Positions 1-9,949 of a stretch of 28,308 bases of DNA are shown piece by piece. Source of the DNA: a virus (Duplodnaviria; Heunggongvirae; Uroviricota; Caudoviricetes); IMG/VR virus record IMGVR_UViG_3300045988_152359. One strand, written 5' to 3'. The notes under the pieces were generated by a model. It was not told the origin of the DNA and did not search any database. It saw only the letters and a list, made by a program, of their open reading frames with translations. The translations under genes and the position numbers were made by a program. Each line of letters starts with the position of its first letter. Position 1 is the stretch's first letter.

Positions 1-94
1 AAGCAAGGTTGTGCTCCTAAAGGAAGTGGCTTGAGGGAGCCACTTATATGTTGGGGAGGCAAAGCCTCCCGCAACATATCTTTTAGTAATCAAA

Positions 95-1177
95 TTAGAA
101 CTGGTAAACCATACCTACAGCAACGATATCATCGGTAGCAACGCCAGATGCTTTCGTGAAATCGCTCTTATCAATCAGGTTGATTTTGTAATCAACAAAA
201 GTGGACATATTTTTGTTGAAGTAATAGGTTGCACCTACATCAATATATTCAACCAGGTCCTGATCACCCCACGCACCCAAGTCTTTTCCTTTAGATTGCA
301 GGTAAGCAACGGACGGACGCAGACCGAAGTCGAACTGATATTGTGCAACTACTTCGAAGTTTTGTGCTTTGTTGGCAATATGGTTATTACCAAAAACAGT
401 CATGTTCTGGGTTTCAGAATAGGTGGTAGCCAGATAGATGTTGTTCGCATCATATTTCAGACCAGCTGCCCATACTTCAGCATTTTGACCAGATGCATTC
501 AGGCTGTTGTTACCGTAGATAACCTGATTATTAGTGCGGTCAGATTTAGCATAGGTTGCACCTACACCGAATCCTTCATACTCATAAGTAGTGGAGAAAC
601 CGAAACCATCACCATTAGCTTCAGTTACGTCAGTGCGGTCATTTTTACCCTGATACTGAGCAGCAAAGTTCAGACCATCAACCAGACCAAAGAAGTCGTT
701 GTTACGATAGGTTGCAACACCAGTGGTACGACCAGTCATGAACACATCTGTTTGGGTCCAGGTATCGCCACCGAATTCTGGCAGAACGTCAGTCCACGCA
801 CCGATGTCGTATGCTACACCGTAGTTACGGCCGTAATCGATTGAGCCGTAGTCACCGAATTTCAGGCCTGCAAATGCAAGACGGGTTTTGTCTTTGGAGG
901 AACCTTGAGATTCAGCGCGGTTGCCTTTGAATTCATATTCCCACTGACCGAAACCAGTCAGCTGATCGTTGATTTGGGTTTCACCTTTGAAGCCAAGACG
1001 GGCATAAGTAGTATCACCATCATCTGCATCATTAGAGGAGAAGTAGTGCTTAGCATTAACTTTCCCGTACAGATCCAGCTTGTTACTGTCTTTATTATAA
1101 ATTTCAGCTGCCTGAGCAGACATCGCCATCAGTACTGATGCAGCTACAGCAGAAATTGCCACTGTTAATTTTTTCAT
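95..1177 (-). CDS. nmpC: Outer-membrane general porin, OmpC/OmpF/PhoE superfamily (prophage-encoded NmpC/Lc-like)
   Basis: 360-aa ORF with signal peptide [25 protein letters not shown], porin N-terminal motif [13 protein letters not shown] and C-terminal aromatic end VGMVYQF. Lies immediately upstream of the lysis cassette on the opposite strand, as nmpC does in DLP12. Symbol by analogy, not verified. Confidence 0.85.
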   Translation of the reverse strand: MKKLTVAISAVAASVLMAMSAQAAEIYNKDSNKLDLYGKVNAKHYFSSNDADDGDTTYARLGFKGETQINDQLTGFGQWEYEFKGNRAESQGSSKDKTRLAFAGLKFGDYGSIDYGRNYGVAYDIGAWTDVLPEFGGDTWTQTDVFMTGRTTGVATYRNNDFFGLVDGLNFAAQYQGKNDRTDVTEANGDGFGFSTTYEYEGFGVGATYAKSDRTNNQVIYGNNSLNASGQNAEVWAAGLKYDANNIYLATTYSETQNMTVFGNNHIANKAQNFEVVAQYQFDFGLRPSVAYLQSKGKDLGAWGDQDLVEYIDVGATYYFNKNMSTFVDYKINLIDKSDFTKASGVATDDIVAVGMVYQF

Positions 1178-1547
1178 CGTGAGCCCTTTTTTTTGAACTA
1201 TTATTAAAAAATGATGTCACTGCGCGATAAATATTCATCTAATCAATGTGATTATTTCAAGATGTAAGTTTTGGTTTCTCGTTTGATTTGTGAAGTAGAT
1301 CTCTATTTTTATCTGAACTTTTTTCTATCGAATCCTATTTATAGCTCGTGGCTGAATAAAAATAAATCTATTAGCCAATTTATATTAACGGCTGTTATTT
1401 ATAAGTGATCTATAATTTGAAGGTTCAATTTAAATCGGATAAAAATAACACTGTAAATTATTTGTTGGTTATTTGTTGAGATTTGCTTATGTATTTGTAG
1501 TGGTGTTTGGTTATGCTGTTAAGAGTGGTTACTTCGTCACACAGCTT

Positions 1548-1580
1548 AAACCCGCCGTCGAGCGGGTTTTTCCATTTTTT
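1548..1580 (+). terminator. Rho-independent terminator-like hairpin upstream of the lysis genes (candidate tR'-type late terminator)
   Basis: 8-bp stem AAACCCGC / GCGGGTTT with 6-nt loop, followed by TTCCATTTTTT; about 115 nt upstream of the holin start. Confidence 0.5.
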
Positions 1581-1692
1581 GAGTCTCGATATTAGCTGAT
1601 AACCCAATACCTGAGTTATTCACTGACTCCGAGTCTGTTACGTTTCGTAGTATTCCCTCAATTTACACCCGCTTTGTCTGCGAGGTGGGGTT

Positions 1693-1908
1693 ATGAAATC
1701 CATGGATAAGTTAACAACGGGTGTCGCCTATGGCACCTCAGCAGGTAGTGCCGGGTACTGGTTTTTACAGCTGCTAGATAAAGTCACGCCCTCACAGTGG
1801 GCGGCAATTGGAGTGCTGGGTAGCCTGGTATTTGGCCTGCTGACGTACCTGACAAACCTTTATTTCAAGATTAAAGAAGATAAGCGTAAGGCTGCGAGAG
1901 GTGAATAA
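1693..1908 (+). CDS. essD: Class II holin, phage-21 S-type pinholin
   Basis: 71 aa with dual-start motif MKSMDK, two hydrophobic segments and a charged C-terminal tail [13 protein letters not shown]; its stop overlaps the endolysin start (TAATG). Confidence 0.85.
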
Positions 1909-2405
1909 TGTCGCCATCATTACGCAAGGCTGTAGCAGCTGCTATTGGTGGTGGGGCTGTTGCCATAGCGTCTGTGCTCATCACTGGTCCGAGTGGTGAT
2001 GATGGTCTGGAAGGTGTCAGCTACATACCATATAAAGATATTGTTGGTGTATGGACTGTATGTCACGGGCATACAGGAAAAGACATCATGCTCGGTAAAA
2101 CGTATACCAAAGCAGAATGCAAAGCACTCTTGAATAAAGACCTTGCCACTGTCGCCAGACAAATTAACCCGTACATCAAAGTCGATATACCGGAAACAAC
2201 GCGCGGCGCTCTTTACTCATTCGTTTACAACGTGGGTGCTGGCAATTTCAGAACATCGACGCTTCTTCGCAAAATAAACCAGGGCGATATCAAAGGCGCA
2301 TGTGATCAGCTACGTCGCTGGACATATGCTGGCGGTAAGCAATGGAAAGGTCTCATGACTCGTCGTGAGATTGAGCGTGAAATCTGTTTGTGGGGTCAGC
2401 AATGA
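1908..2405 (+). CDS. rrrD: SAR (signal-anchor-release) endolysin, T4-lysozyme-like muramidase
   Basis: 165 aa; N-terminal Gly/Ala-rich weakly hydrophobic segment [18 protein letters not shown] typical of SAR domains, followed by a lysozyme catalytic region ([11 protein letters not shown]...WTVCHGHTG). Confidence 0.85.
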   Translation: MSPSLRKAVAAAIGGGAVAIASVLITGPSGDDGLEGVSYIPYKDIVGVWTVCHGHTGKDIMLGKTYTKAECKALLNKDLATVARQINPYIKVDIPETTRGALYSFVYNVGAGNFRTSTLLRKINQGDIKGACDQLRRWTYAGGKQWKGLMTRREIEREICLWGQQ

Positions 2406-2863
2406 ACAGAGTAACCGCGATTATCTCCGCTCTGGTTATCTGCATCATCGTCTGCCTGTCATGGGCTGTTAATCATTACCGTGATAACGCCATTACCTAC
2501 AAAGCCCAGCGCGACAAAAATGCCAGAGAACTGAAGCTGGCGAACGCGGCAATTACTGACATGCAGATGCGTCAGCGTGATGTTGCTGCGCTCGATGCAA
2601 AATACACGAAGGAGTTAGCTGATGCTAAAGCTGAAAATGATGCTCTGCGTGATGATGTTGCCGCTGGTCGTCGTCGGTTGCACATCAAAGCAGTCTGTCA
2701 GTCAGTGCGTGAAGCCACCACCGCCTCCGGCGTGGATAATGCAGCCTCCCCCCGACTGGCAGACACCGCTGAACGGGATTATTTCACCCTCAGAGAGAGG
2801 CTGATCACTATGCAAAAACAACTGGAAGGAACCCAGAAGTATATTAATGAGCAGTGCAGATAG
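2390..2863 (+). CDS. rzpD: Inner-membrane spanin subunit Rz
   Basis: 157 aa; N-terminal transmembrane segment then a coiled-coil-like periplasmic domain; overlaps the endolysin 3' end and contains the Rz1 ORF in another frame. Confidence 0.8.
   Translation: MGSAMNRVTAIISALVICIIVCLSWAVNHYRDNAITYKAQRDKNARELKLANAAITDMQMRQRDVAALDAKYTKELADAKAENDALRDDVAAGRRRLHIKAVCQSVREATTASGVDNAASPRLADTAERDYFTLRERLITMQKQLEGTQKYINEQCR
2622..2804 (+). CDS. rzoD: Outer-membrane lipoprotein spanin subunit Rz1, embedded in Rz in the +1 frame
   Basis: 60 aa; lipoprotein signal with lipobox VVGC and a proline-rich mature part ([15 protein letters not shown]); lies wholly inside the Rz gene in another frame. Confidence 0.75.
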   Translation: MLKLKMMLCVMMLPLVVVGCTSKQSVSQCVKPPPPPAWIMQPPPDWQTPLNGIISPSERG

Positions 2864-2894
2864 AGCTGCCCATATCGATGGGCAACTCATGCAA

Positions 2895-3188
2895 TTATTG
2901 TGAGCAATACACACGCGCTTCCAGCGGAGTATAAATGCCTAAAGTAATAAAACCGAGCAATCCATTTACGAATGTTTGCTGGGTTTCTGTTTTAACAACA
3001 TTTTCTGCGCCGCCACAAATTTTGGCTGCATCAACAGTTTTCTCCTGTCCAATTCCCGAAACGAAGAAATGATGGGTGATGGTTTCCTTTGGTGTTACTG
3101 CTGTCGGTTTGTTTCCAACAGTAAACGTCTGTTGAGCACATCCTGTAATAAGCATTGCCAGAGCGGCAGAAAACAACATTTTTTTCAT
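2895..3188 (-). CDS. bor: Bor lipoprotein (lambda Bor family, serum-resistance moron)
   Basis: 97 aa from ATG at 3188 (MKKMLFSAALAMLITGCAQQTF...TPLEARVYCSQ), lipobox ITGC, preceded by AGGATAA; the ORF-track start at 3236 is an unsupported N-terminal extension. Confidence 0.9.
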   Translation of the reverse strand: MKKMLFSAALAMLITGCAQQTFTVGNKPTAVTPKETITHHFFVSGIGQEKTVDAAKICGGAENVVKTETQQTFVNGLLGFITLGIYTPLEARVYCSQ

Positions 3189-3368
3189 CTTATTATCCTG
3201 CATTGTTAAAAACGGCAGAATCCTATGTGACAACAATTAAACGATAGTTAAATGGATTGATGAAATTTAAAACTATATAGGTGTACGGTCAGACTATTGG
3301 AGGTAGTCAGGATTTGAATGTCAGTCTGTTGTCGGCATTCTGGCAATGCAATTTGGATAAAGCGGGGA

Positions 3369-3491
3369 TTAAAAAGATAGAGGCGAGCCGGTCAGGTAGA
3401 AATGAATCAGGCTCAAAGTGAAGCGGAAAAGGTCTGTGGCACAAACTGATACAGCCATAATTACAGCCTGATGATTTGTGGAATGAAACAT
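3369..3491 (-). CDS. Small hypothetical protein (40 aa, partly hydrophobic), not in the ORF track
   Basis: ATG at 3491 preceded by a strong Shine-Dalgarno (AAGGAGG, 6-nt spacer); translation MFHSTNHQAVIMAVSVCATDLFRFTLSLIHFYLTGSPLSF; lies in the otherwise non-coding gap between bor and the HNH gene. Confidence 0.35.
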   Translation of the reverse strand: MFHSTNHQAVIMAVSVCATDLFRFTLSLIHFYLTGSPLSF

Positions 3492-3713
3492 GTTGAACCT
3501 CCTTAATTAATGTTATTCGAGTGAGGAAGGCATTCTGTCCTTCTATAGTGTCCAGTAAATCAAACAGGAAACCTGTCCAACGTGTTGGACAAGCCTCTCC
3601 ATTAGTGAGTTGTATTGATCACAACTCTACAAAGAATTCATGACTGCGTAGATGAAAATAGTTTCACGATGAATGGAGGAGGCTATGTCGGTGGCTTCTT
3701 CATTGGAGTACAT

Positions 3714-4064
3714 ATGCCATCACGAATCCCAAAAGCCTGCCGCGTTCGCGGCTGCCGTAATACCACTACAGACCCGTCAGGCTACTGCGAAAGCCACAAA
3801 AACGAAGGCTGGAAACAATACAAGCCGGGGCAATCCCGTCATCAGCGCGGCTACGGTTCGAAGTGGGACAGTATCCGCGCGCGCATATTGAAGCGTGACA
3901 AAGGCCTGTGTCAGTTATGTCTGCGTGCTGGTGTGGTGCGTGAGGCGAAAACCGTTGACCACATCATCCCTAAAGCGCATGGCGGCACCGATGCAGACAG
4001 TAATCTGCAGAGCCTGTGCTGGCCGTGCCATAAGGCGAAGACGGCCCGTGAACGGCTAAAGTGA
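3714..4064 (+). CDS. HNH endonuclease (terminase-associated)
   Basis: C-terminal HNH motif ...CQLCLRAGVVREAKTVDHIIPKAHGGTDADSNLQSLCWPCHKAK; ATG at 3714 has a GGAG RBS. The ORF track starts at 3615, but that extension lacks an RBS. Confidence 0.8.
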   Translation: MPSRIPKACRVRGCRNTTTDPSGYCESHKNEGWKQYKPGQSRHQRGYGSKWDSIRARILKRDKGLCQLCLRAGVVREAKTVDHIIPKAHGGTDADSNLQSLCWPCHKAKTARERLK

Positions 4065-4189
4065 TAATAATTCTCAACTGTCTGAGGGGAGGGGCGTGTC
4101 AAATCTCTGTGACCTGACGTCTTCCGGACTGCCCGCCCCATCGTTTTTTTATACCCGCGAAAAATGAAATTTAACCAGGAGTGCCGCAT

Positions 4190-4684
4190 ATGGCTGGAAC
4201 GGCGGGGCGTTCCGGGCGTCGCCCCAAGCCAACGGCGCGCAAGGCGCTGGCCGGAAACCCCGGCAAGCGAGCCCTGAATAAAGATGAACCTGTTTTTACG
4301 CCCATCAAAGGTGTTGAGCCACCGGAGTGGTTCGCTGAAGAAGATCTCCCTCTCGCTACGATCATGTGGCAACTGACAACCAAAGAACTCTGCGGTCAGG
4401 GCCTGCTGTGCGTGACTGACCTCGCGGTGCTTGAGCGGTGGTGCGTGGCCTACGAGTTCTGGCGACGTGCCGTGAAAAATATTGCCAGACAGGGCAATAC
4501 CATCACCGGTGCAATGGGCGGTATGGTCAAAAATCCGGAGCTGACCGCCAAAAAAGAACAGGAGTCCGAGATGAGCAGTACGGGGGCAATGCTCGGACTC
4601 GACCCCAGCAGCCGCCAGCGTCTGATTGGCCTGGCGGGGAAGAAGAAAGCCACTAACCCGTTTCTGAAAATCATCGAATCATGA
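4190..4684 (+). CDS. Terminase small subunit (P27-like family)
   Basis: About 165 aa, basic N-terminus ([26 protein letters not shown]), immediately upstream of and overlapping the large terminase gene (ATGA); AGGAG RBS before ATG 4190 (the track uses GTG at 4181). Confidence 0.8.
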   Translation: MAGTAGRSGRRPKPTARKALAGNPGKRALNKDEPVFTPIKGVEPPEWFAEEDLPLATIMWQLTTKELCGQGLLCVTDLAVLERWCVAYEFWRRAVKNIARQGNTITGAMGGMVKNPELTAKKEQESEMSSTGAMLGLDPSSRQRLIGLAGKKKATNPFLKIIES

Positions 4685-6414
4685 GCCGGAAATCTTACCC
4701 CAACGTAAATGCTGCCAATCAGTATGCCCGGGATGTCGTTCGCGGAAAGATTGTGGCCTGCCAGTTTGTGATTCAGGCCTGCCAGCGCCATCTTGATGAC
4801 CTGATGGCGGAAAAAAGTAAGTCGTTTCGTTACCGCTTCGACAAGGACCTGGCTGAACGGGCCGCGAAATTTATTCAGCTGTTGCCGCACACCAAGGGTG
4901 AGTGGGCATTCAAGAGGATGCCCATCACGCTGGAGCCGTGGCAGCTATTTGTGATCTGCTGTGCGTTTGGCTGGGTCAATAAAGGCACCCGGTTGCGCCG
5001 CTTCCGGGAGGTGTATACCGAAATCCCCCGTAAGAACGGCAAATCGGCAATCTCTGCCGGTGTTGCCCTGTATTGTTTTGTCTGTGATAACGAGTTTGGC
5101 GCGGAAGTGTATTCCGGTGCCACGACAGAGAAACAGGCGTGGGAAGTCTTTCGCCCGGCGCGACTGATGTGTAAACGCACACCCATGCTGACGGAAGCGT
5201 TCGGGATTGAGGTTAACGCCTCAAACATGAATCGTCCGGAGGATGGCGCGCGGTTTGAACCGCTGATCGGTAACCCCGGTGATGGTTCATCACCCCACTG
5301 TGCGGTGGTGGATGAATATCACGAGCACGCCACCGATGCGCTTTACACCACGATGCTTACCGGGATGGGGGCGCGACGTCAGCCACTGATGTGGGCCATT
5401 ACTACTGCCGGGTACAACATTGAGGGGCCGTGCTACGACAAGCGACGGGAAGTTATCGAGATGCTCAACGGTTCGGTACCCAACGATGAACTGTTCGGGA
5501 TCATCTATACCGTTGACGAAGGTGACGACTGGACCAACCCGCAGGTGCTGGAAAAAGCCAATCCAAATATTGGCGTGTCGGTTTATCGCGAATTTTTGTT
5601 AAGTCAGCAGCAGCGTGCGAAAAATAACGCCCGTCTGGCAAACGTCTTTAAAACAAAACACCTCAATATCTGGGTGTCGGCGCGTTCGGCGTATTTCAAC
5701 CTGGTGAGCTGGCAGAGCTGCGAGGATAAATCACTGACCCTTGAGCAGTTCGAGGGGCAGCCGTGCATTCTGGCCTTTGACCTGGCGCGTAAGCTGGATA
5801 TGAACAGCATGGCGCGACTTTATACCCGCGAGATTGACGGTAAAACGCATTACTACAGTGTGGCCCCGCGTTTCTGGGTACCGTATGACACGGTGTACAG
5901 CGTCGAGAAAAATGAAGATCGCCGGACAGCCGAACGCTTTCAGAAATGGGTGGAAATGGGCGTTCTGACCGTTACCGATGGTGCGGAGGTGGATTATCGC
6001 TACATCCTCGAAGAGGCCAAAGCGGCGAACAAAATCAGCCCGGTCAGTGAGTCACCCATCGACCCCTTCGGGGCGACCGGGCTGTCACATGACCTTGCTG
6101 ATGAAGACCTGAACCCCGTCACCATCATTCAGAACTACACCAACATGTCCGACCCGATGAAAGAGCTGGAAGCGGCAATTGAATCGGGGCGTTTTCATCA
6201 TGACGGCAATCCCATCATGACCTGGTGTATCGGCAACGTGGTCGGCAAAACCATTCCGGGTAACGATGATGTGGTGAAGCCCGTCAAGGAGCAGGCGGAA
6301 AACAAAATTGATGGTGCAGTTGCGCTGATTATGGCGGTTGGCAGAGCCATGCTGTACGAGAAAGAAGACACGCTGTCTGATCACATTGAGTCCTACGGGA
6401 TCCGCTCGCTTTAA
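4681..6414 (+). CDS. Terminase large subunit (ATPase/nuclease)
   Basis: 577 aa; position and size typical of an HK97-like large terminase; conserved layout terS-terL-portal. Confidence 0.9.
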   Translation: MSRKSYPNVNAANQYARDVVRGKIVACQFVIQACQRHLDDLMAEKSKSFRYRFDKDLAERAAKFIQLLPHTKGEWAFKRMPITLEPWQLFVICCAFGWVNKGTRLRRFREVYTEIPRKNGKSAISAGVALYCFVCDNEFGAEVYSGATTEKQAWEVFRPARLMCKRTPMLTEAFGIEVNASNMNRPEDGARFEPLIGNPGDGSSPHCAVVDEYHEHATDALYTTMLTGMGARRQPLMWAITTAGYNIEGPCYDKRREVIEMLNGSVPNDELFGIIYTVDEGDDWTNPQVLEKANPNIGVSVYREFLLSQQQRAKNNARLANVFKTKHLNIWVSARSAYFNLVSWQSCEDKSLTLEQFEGQPCILAFDLARKLDMNSMARLYTREIDGKTHYYSVAPRFWVPYDTVYSVEKNEDRRTAERFQKWVEMGVLTVTDGAEVDYRYILEEAKAANKISPVSESPIDPFGATGLSHDLADEDLNPVTIIQNYTNMSDPMKELEAAIESGRFHHDGNPIMTWCIGNVVGKTIPGNDDVVKPVKEQAENKIDGAVALIMAVGRAMLYEKEDTLSDHIESYGIRSL

Positions 6415-6425
6415 CTGAGGTAATT

Positions 6426-6608
6426 ATGATCATGCTGATTCTCGCGCCTCTGGTGGGCGTGCTGGGTGCGCTTTTGCTGGCGTATGGTGCCTGGCTGATT
6501 TATCCCCCGGCGGGGTTTGTTGTTGCCGGGGCGCTGTGCCTGTTCTGGTCGTGGCTGGTGGCGCGATATCTCGACCGTACACAGCCGTCTGTCGGCGGAG
6601 GTAAATAG
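6426..6608 (+). CDS. Small hypothetical membrane protein
   Basis: 60 aa, almost entirely hydrophobic (two predicted TM segments); GAGG RBS; tightly packed between the terminase and portal genes. Confidence 0.5.
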   Translation: MIMLILAPLVGVLGALLLAYGAWLIYPPAGFVVAGALCLFWSWLVARYLDRTQPSVGGGK

Positions 6609-7849
6609 TGTTCTTTTCGGGATTATTTCAACGAAAAAGTGACGCACCGGTGACCACGCCAGCAGAGCTGGCGGATGCTATCGGGCTGTCATATGACACC
6701 TATACCGGAAAGCAGATCAGCAGCCAGCGGGCCATGCGACTGACGGCGGTTTTTTCCTGCGTCAGGGTGCTGGCGGAGTCGGTCGGGATGTTGCCCTGCA
6801 ACCTGTATCACCTGAACGGCAGCCTGAAACAGAGAGCCACCGGCGAACGTCTGCATAAGCTGATCTCCACGCATCCCAATGGCTATATGACGCCGCAGGA
6901 GTTCTGGGAGCTGGTGGTCACCTGTCTGTGCCTGCGGGGAAACTTTTACGCCTACAAAGTGAAAGCATTTGGCGAAGTGGCTGAACTGCTGCCCGTCGAC
7001 CCAGGTTGTGTGGTACCGAAGCTTAACAGTAGCTGGGAACCGGTTTACCAGGTCACATTCCCGGACGGCTCCACGGATGTACTGAGCCAGGAAGATATCT
7101 GGCATGTGCGCACGCTGACGCTGGACGGTCTGGTGGGACTGAATCCCATCGCCTATGCCCGCGAGGCAATATCGCTGGCAGCTGCGACCGAAGAGCACGG
7201 GGCCAGACTGTTCAGCAATGGTGCGGTAACGTCCGGTGTGTTGCGTACAGAGCAGACGCTGTCGGATCAGGCTTATGAGCGTCTGAAGAAAGATTTTGAG
7301 GAGCGTCACACCGGGCTTGGTAATGCTCACCGCCCGATGATCCTTGAGATGGGGCTGGACTGGAAGTCGATGGCGCTGAACGCCGAGGACAGCCAGTTCC
7401 TGGAAACCCGCAAGTTTCAGCTTGAAGAAATCTGTCGTCTGTTCCGTGTGCCATTGCACATGGTGCAGAACACCGATCGCGCCACCTTCAACAATATCGA
7501 AGAACTGGGGCTGGGATTTATCAACTATTCACTGGTGCCGTATCTGACCCGCATTGAGCAGCGGATCAACACCGGACTGGTACGAAAAAGTAAGCAGGGC
7601 GTTTATTACGCCAAATTTAACGCCGGGGCGTTACTGCGCGGGGATATGAAGTCCCGTTTTGAAGCCTACGCCACCGGGATTAACTGGGGAATTTACTCTC
7701 CCAATGACTGCCGCGACCTGGAAGATATGAATCCGCGTCCCGGTGGGGATGTCTATCTCACACCGATGAACATGACCACGAAACCCTCCGATGGCAGTAA
7801 AGCCGGTAAGCAGAAGGATAACGCCAATGCAGACGAAACAACGTCTTGA
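6608..7849 (+). CDS. Portal protein (HK97 family)
   Basis: 413 aa directly after the terminase; GTG start with GGAGG RBS; size and position typical of an HK97-like portal. Confidence 0.85.
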   Translation: MFFSGLFQRKSDAPVTTPAELADAIGLSYDTYTGKQISSQRAMRLTAVFSCVRVLAESVGMLPCNLYHLNGSLKQRATGERLHKLISTHPNGYMTPQEFWELVVTCLCLRGNFYAYKVKAFGEVAELLPVDPGCVVPKLNSSWEPVYQVTFPDGSTDVLSQEDIWHVRTLTLDGLVGLNPIAYAREAISLAAATEEHGARLFSNGAVTSGVLRTEQTLSDQAYERLKKDFEERHTGLGNAHRPMILEMGLDWKSMALNAEDSQFLETRKFQLEEICRLFRVPLHMVQNTDRATFNNIEELGLGFINYSLVPYLTRIEQRINTGLVRKSKQGVYYAKFNAGALLRGDMKSRFEAYATGINWGIYSPNDCRDLEDMNPRPGGDVYLTPMNMTTKPSDGSKAGKQKDNANADETTS

Positions 7850-8477
7850 TGTACCGCTGAGTCTGAAATCTGTCAGTGACTCCGGTGAGTTTGAAGGGTA
7901 TGGCTCCGTCTTTGGTGTAAAGGACAGCCACGATGATGTGGTGATGTCCGGGGCATTTGCTGCTTCCCTGCGGGCGTGGAGTGACAGAAAAGCGTTACCT
8001 GCGCTGCTCTGGCAGCACCGCATGGATGAACCCATCGGTGTTTACACCGAAATGAAGGAAGACGATGTCGGGCTTTACGTCAGGGGACGGTTGCTTATTG
8101 ATGATGATCCCCTCGCAAAACGCGCACATGCACACATGAAGGCCGGTTCGTTAACCGGCCTTTCTATTGGGTACGTCCTGAAAGACTGGGAATACGACCG
8201 GAGCAAAGAAGCCTTTCTGTTGAAAGAAATCGACCTCTGGGAAGTCAGTCTGGTGACGTTTCCGTCTAACGACGAGGCGCGGATCAGCGACGTCAAGAAC
8301 GCGCTGGCCCGCGGGGAAATCCCCGAACAGAAAAAAATCGAAAGAGTCCTGCGTGATGTCGGACTCTCCCGTACCCAGGCCAAAGCATTCATGGCCGGGG
8401 GCTATGGCGCACTGTCCCTGCGCGACGCTGAGGATGTGGGCTCTGCACTGAATGCACTGAAAAATCTGAACTTCTAA
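7827..8477 (+). CDS. Prohead maturation protease (HK97 family)
   Basis: About 216 aa from ATG 7827 (AAGGA RBS); motifs GYGSVFGVKDSHDDVVMSGAF and LWQHRMDEPIGV resemble HK97-type prohead proteases; sits between portal and capsid. Confidence 0.8.
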   Translation: MQTKQRLDVPLSLKSVSDSGEFEGYGSVFGVKDSHDDVVMSGAFAASLRAWSDRKALPALLWQHRMDEPIGVYTEMKEDDVGLYVRGRLLIDDDPLAKRAHAHMKAGSLTGLSIGYVLKDWEYDRSKEAFLLKEIDLWEVSLVTFPSNDEARISDVKNALARGEIPEQKKIERVLRDVGLSRTQAKAFMAGGYGALSLRDAEDVGSALNALKNLNF

Positions 8478-8491
8478 TCAGGAGAAATACG

Positions 8492-9697
8492 ATGGCGGTT
8501 GATATTAAAGATGTCGAACAGGTCGCGCAGGAGCTGCAGCAGAAGTTTGACGACTTCAAAGCAAAGAACGACAAGCGCGTGGATGCGATTGAGCAGGAAA
8601 AAGGCAAGCTTGCCGGGCAGGTGGAAACCCTGAACGGGAAACTCAGCGAGCTGGAAAATCTCAAAAGCGACCTTGAAAAAGAGCTGCTTGAGCTGAAACG
8701 TCCGGCAGGTGGAGCGCAAAATAAACTGGCCACCGAGCATAAAGAGGCGTTTGTGGGCTTTCTACGTAAAGGCCGTGAAGACGGTCTGCGCGATCTGGAG
8801 CGTAAGGCATTGCAGGTGGGTACCGATGAAGACGGTGGCTACGCCGTGCCGGAAGAACTGGATCGCAACATTCTTAACCTGCTGAAAGATGAAGTGGTGA
8901 TGCGTCAGGAAGCCACGGTGATCACCGTTGGCGGTTCCGACTACAAAAAACTGGTGAATCTGGGCGGTACGGCTTCCGGATGGGTGGGGGAAACGGATAC
9001 GCGATCCCAGACTGCCACCTCCAGACTGGAGCTGATTGAACCTCTCATGGGGGAAATCTACGGCAACCCGCAGGCTACCCAGAAAATGCTGGACGATGCC
9101 TTCTTCAACGTGGAGGCCTGGATCAACAGCGAGCTGGCAACCGAATTTGCCGAACAGGAAGAAATTGCCTTTACCTCAGGCGATGGCACCAAGAAGCCGA
9201 AAGGGTTCCTGGCGTATGAATCCACTGATGAAACCGACAAGGTCCGGGCGTTCGGCAAACTTCAGCATATTGTATCCGGCGAAGCGACCGCGGTGACCGC
9301 AGACGCCATTATCAAACTGATTTACACGCTGCGTAAGGCACACCGCACTGGCGCGAAGTTCATGATGAACAACAACAGCCTGTTTGCCATCCGTCTGCTG
9401 AAAGACACCGAGGGTAACTATCTGTGGCGTCCGGGGCTGGAACTGGGGCAGCCGTCCTCTCTGGCGGGTTACGGTATCGCTGAAAACGAACAGATGCCGG
9501 ATATCGCCGCTGATGCGAAAGCCATTGCATTTGGTAACTTCAAACGGGGTTACACCATCGTTGACCGTATCGGCACCCGCATTCTGCGTGACCCGTACAC
9601 CAATAAACCGTTTGTCGGTTTTTATACCACCAAGCGCACCGGCGGGATGCTGGTCGATTCGCAGGCCATCAAACTGCTGAAGATTGCAGCGGCGTAA
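8492..9697 (+). CDS. Major capsid protein (HK97 fold) with N-terminal coiled-coil delta/scaffold domain
   Basis: 401 aa; N-terminal about 100 aa coiled-coil rich in E/K/L, then a capsid domain; strong RBS CAGGAGAAATACGATG; followed by a hairpin. Confidence 0.9.
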   Translation: MAVDIKDVEQVAQELQQKFDDFKAKNDKRVDAIEQEKGKLAGQVETLNGKLSELENLKSDLEKELLELKRPAGGAQNKLATEHKEAFVGFLRKGREDGLRDLERKALQVGTDEDGGYAVPEELDRNILNLLKDEVVMRQEATVITVGGSDYKKLVNLGGTASGWVGETDTRSQTATSRLELIEPLMGEIYGNPQATQKMLDDAFFNVEAWINSELATEFAEQEEIAFTSGDGTKKPKGFLAYESTDETDKVRAFGKLQHIVSGEATAVTADAIIKLIYTLRKAHRTGAKFMMNNNSLFAIRLLKDTEGNYLWRPGLELGQPSSLAGYGIAENEQMPDIAADAKAIAFGNFKRGYTIVDRIGTRILRDPYTNKPFVGFYTTKRTGGMLVDSQAIKLLKIAAA

Positions 9698-9705
9698 TCA
9701 CTCAG

Positions 9706-9724
9706 GGGCGCGGAACTGCGCCCC
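9706..9724 (+). terminator. GC-rich hairpin just downstream of the major capsid gene (possible attenuator)
   Basis: GGGGCGC-GGAACT-GCGCCCC with a weak U-tract after it (CTGTTCTGA). Confidence 0.3.
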
Positions 9725-9746
9725 CTGTTCTGACGGGTGAAGAATC

Positions 9747-9947
9747 ATGATCCTGAAACAAGATCTGAAATGGTCACCGTACGGTATGCGTGTTGAGGTC
9801 ATTCGGGCCGGTGAGTATGACGACGGGGCGCTTCCTGCCCGGGTGCAGGAGATTGCACTTCAGGCCGGGTTAGCAGAGCGCGGAACCAGTGCAAAAAGCA
9901 GTAAAGCGGCAAAAGAGAAAAAAGCCACGACCAGTAAAGAGGGCTGA
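9747..9947 (+). CDS. Hypothetical small head-module protein
   Basis: 66 aa filling the gap between capsid and connector genes, tightly spaced with the downstream gene; function not assignable. Confidence 0.45.
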   Translation: MILKQDLKWSPYGMRVEVIRAGEYDDGALPARVQEIALQAGLAERGTSAKSSKAAKEKKATTSKEG

Positions 9948-9949
9948 GT

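Noticed and set aside
296-844. 182-aa plus-strand ORF inside the porin gene
   Set aside because: Lies entirely antisense within a well-supported porin CDS; no RBS; low-complexity translation. Shadow ORF.
3615-3713. Long N-terminal extension of the HNH gene, and the overlapping 72-aa ORF at 3673..3891
   Set aside because: The extension lacks an RBS whereas ATG 3714 has GGAG; the 3673 ORF is an alternative frame inside the HNH gene with a low-complexity product.
6689-7459. 256-aa minus-strand ORF inside the portal gene
   Set aside because: Antisense to a conserved structural gene; typical shadow ORF of GC-rich coding sequence.
8389-8740. Ser/Phe/Cys-rich minus-strand ORFs opposite the prohead protease / major capsid genes
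   Set aside because: Antisense, low-complexity products, no RBS.
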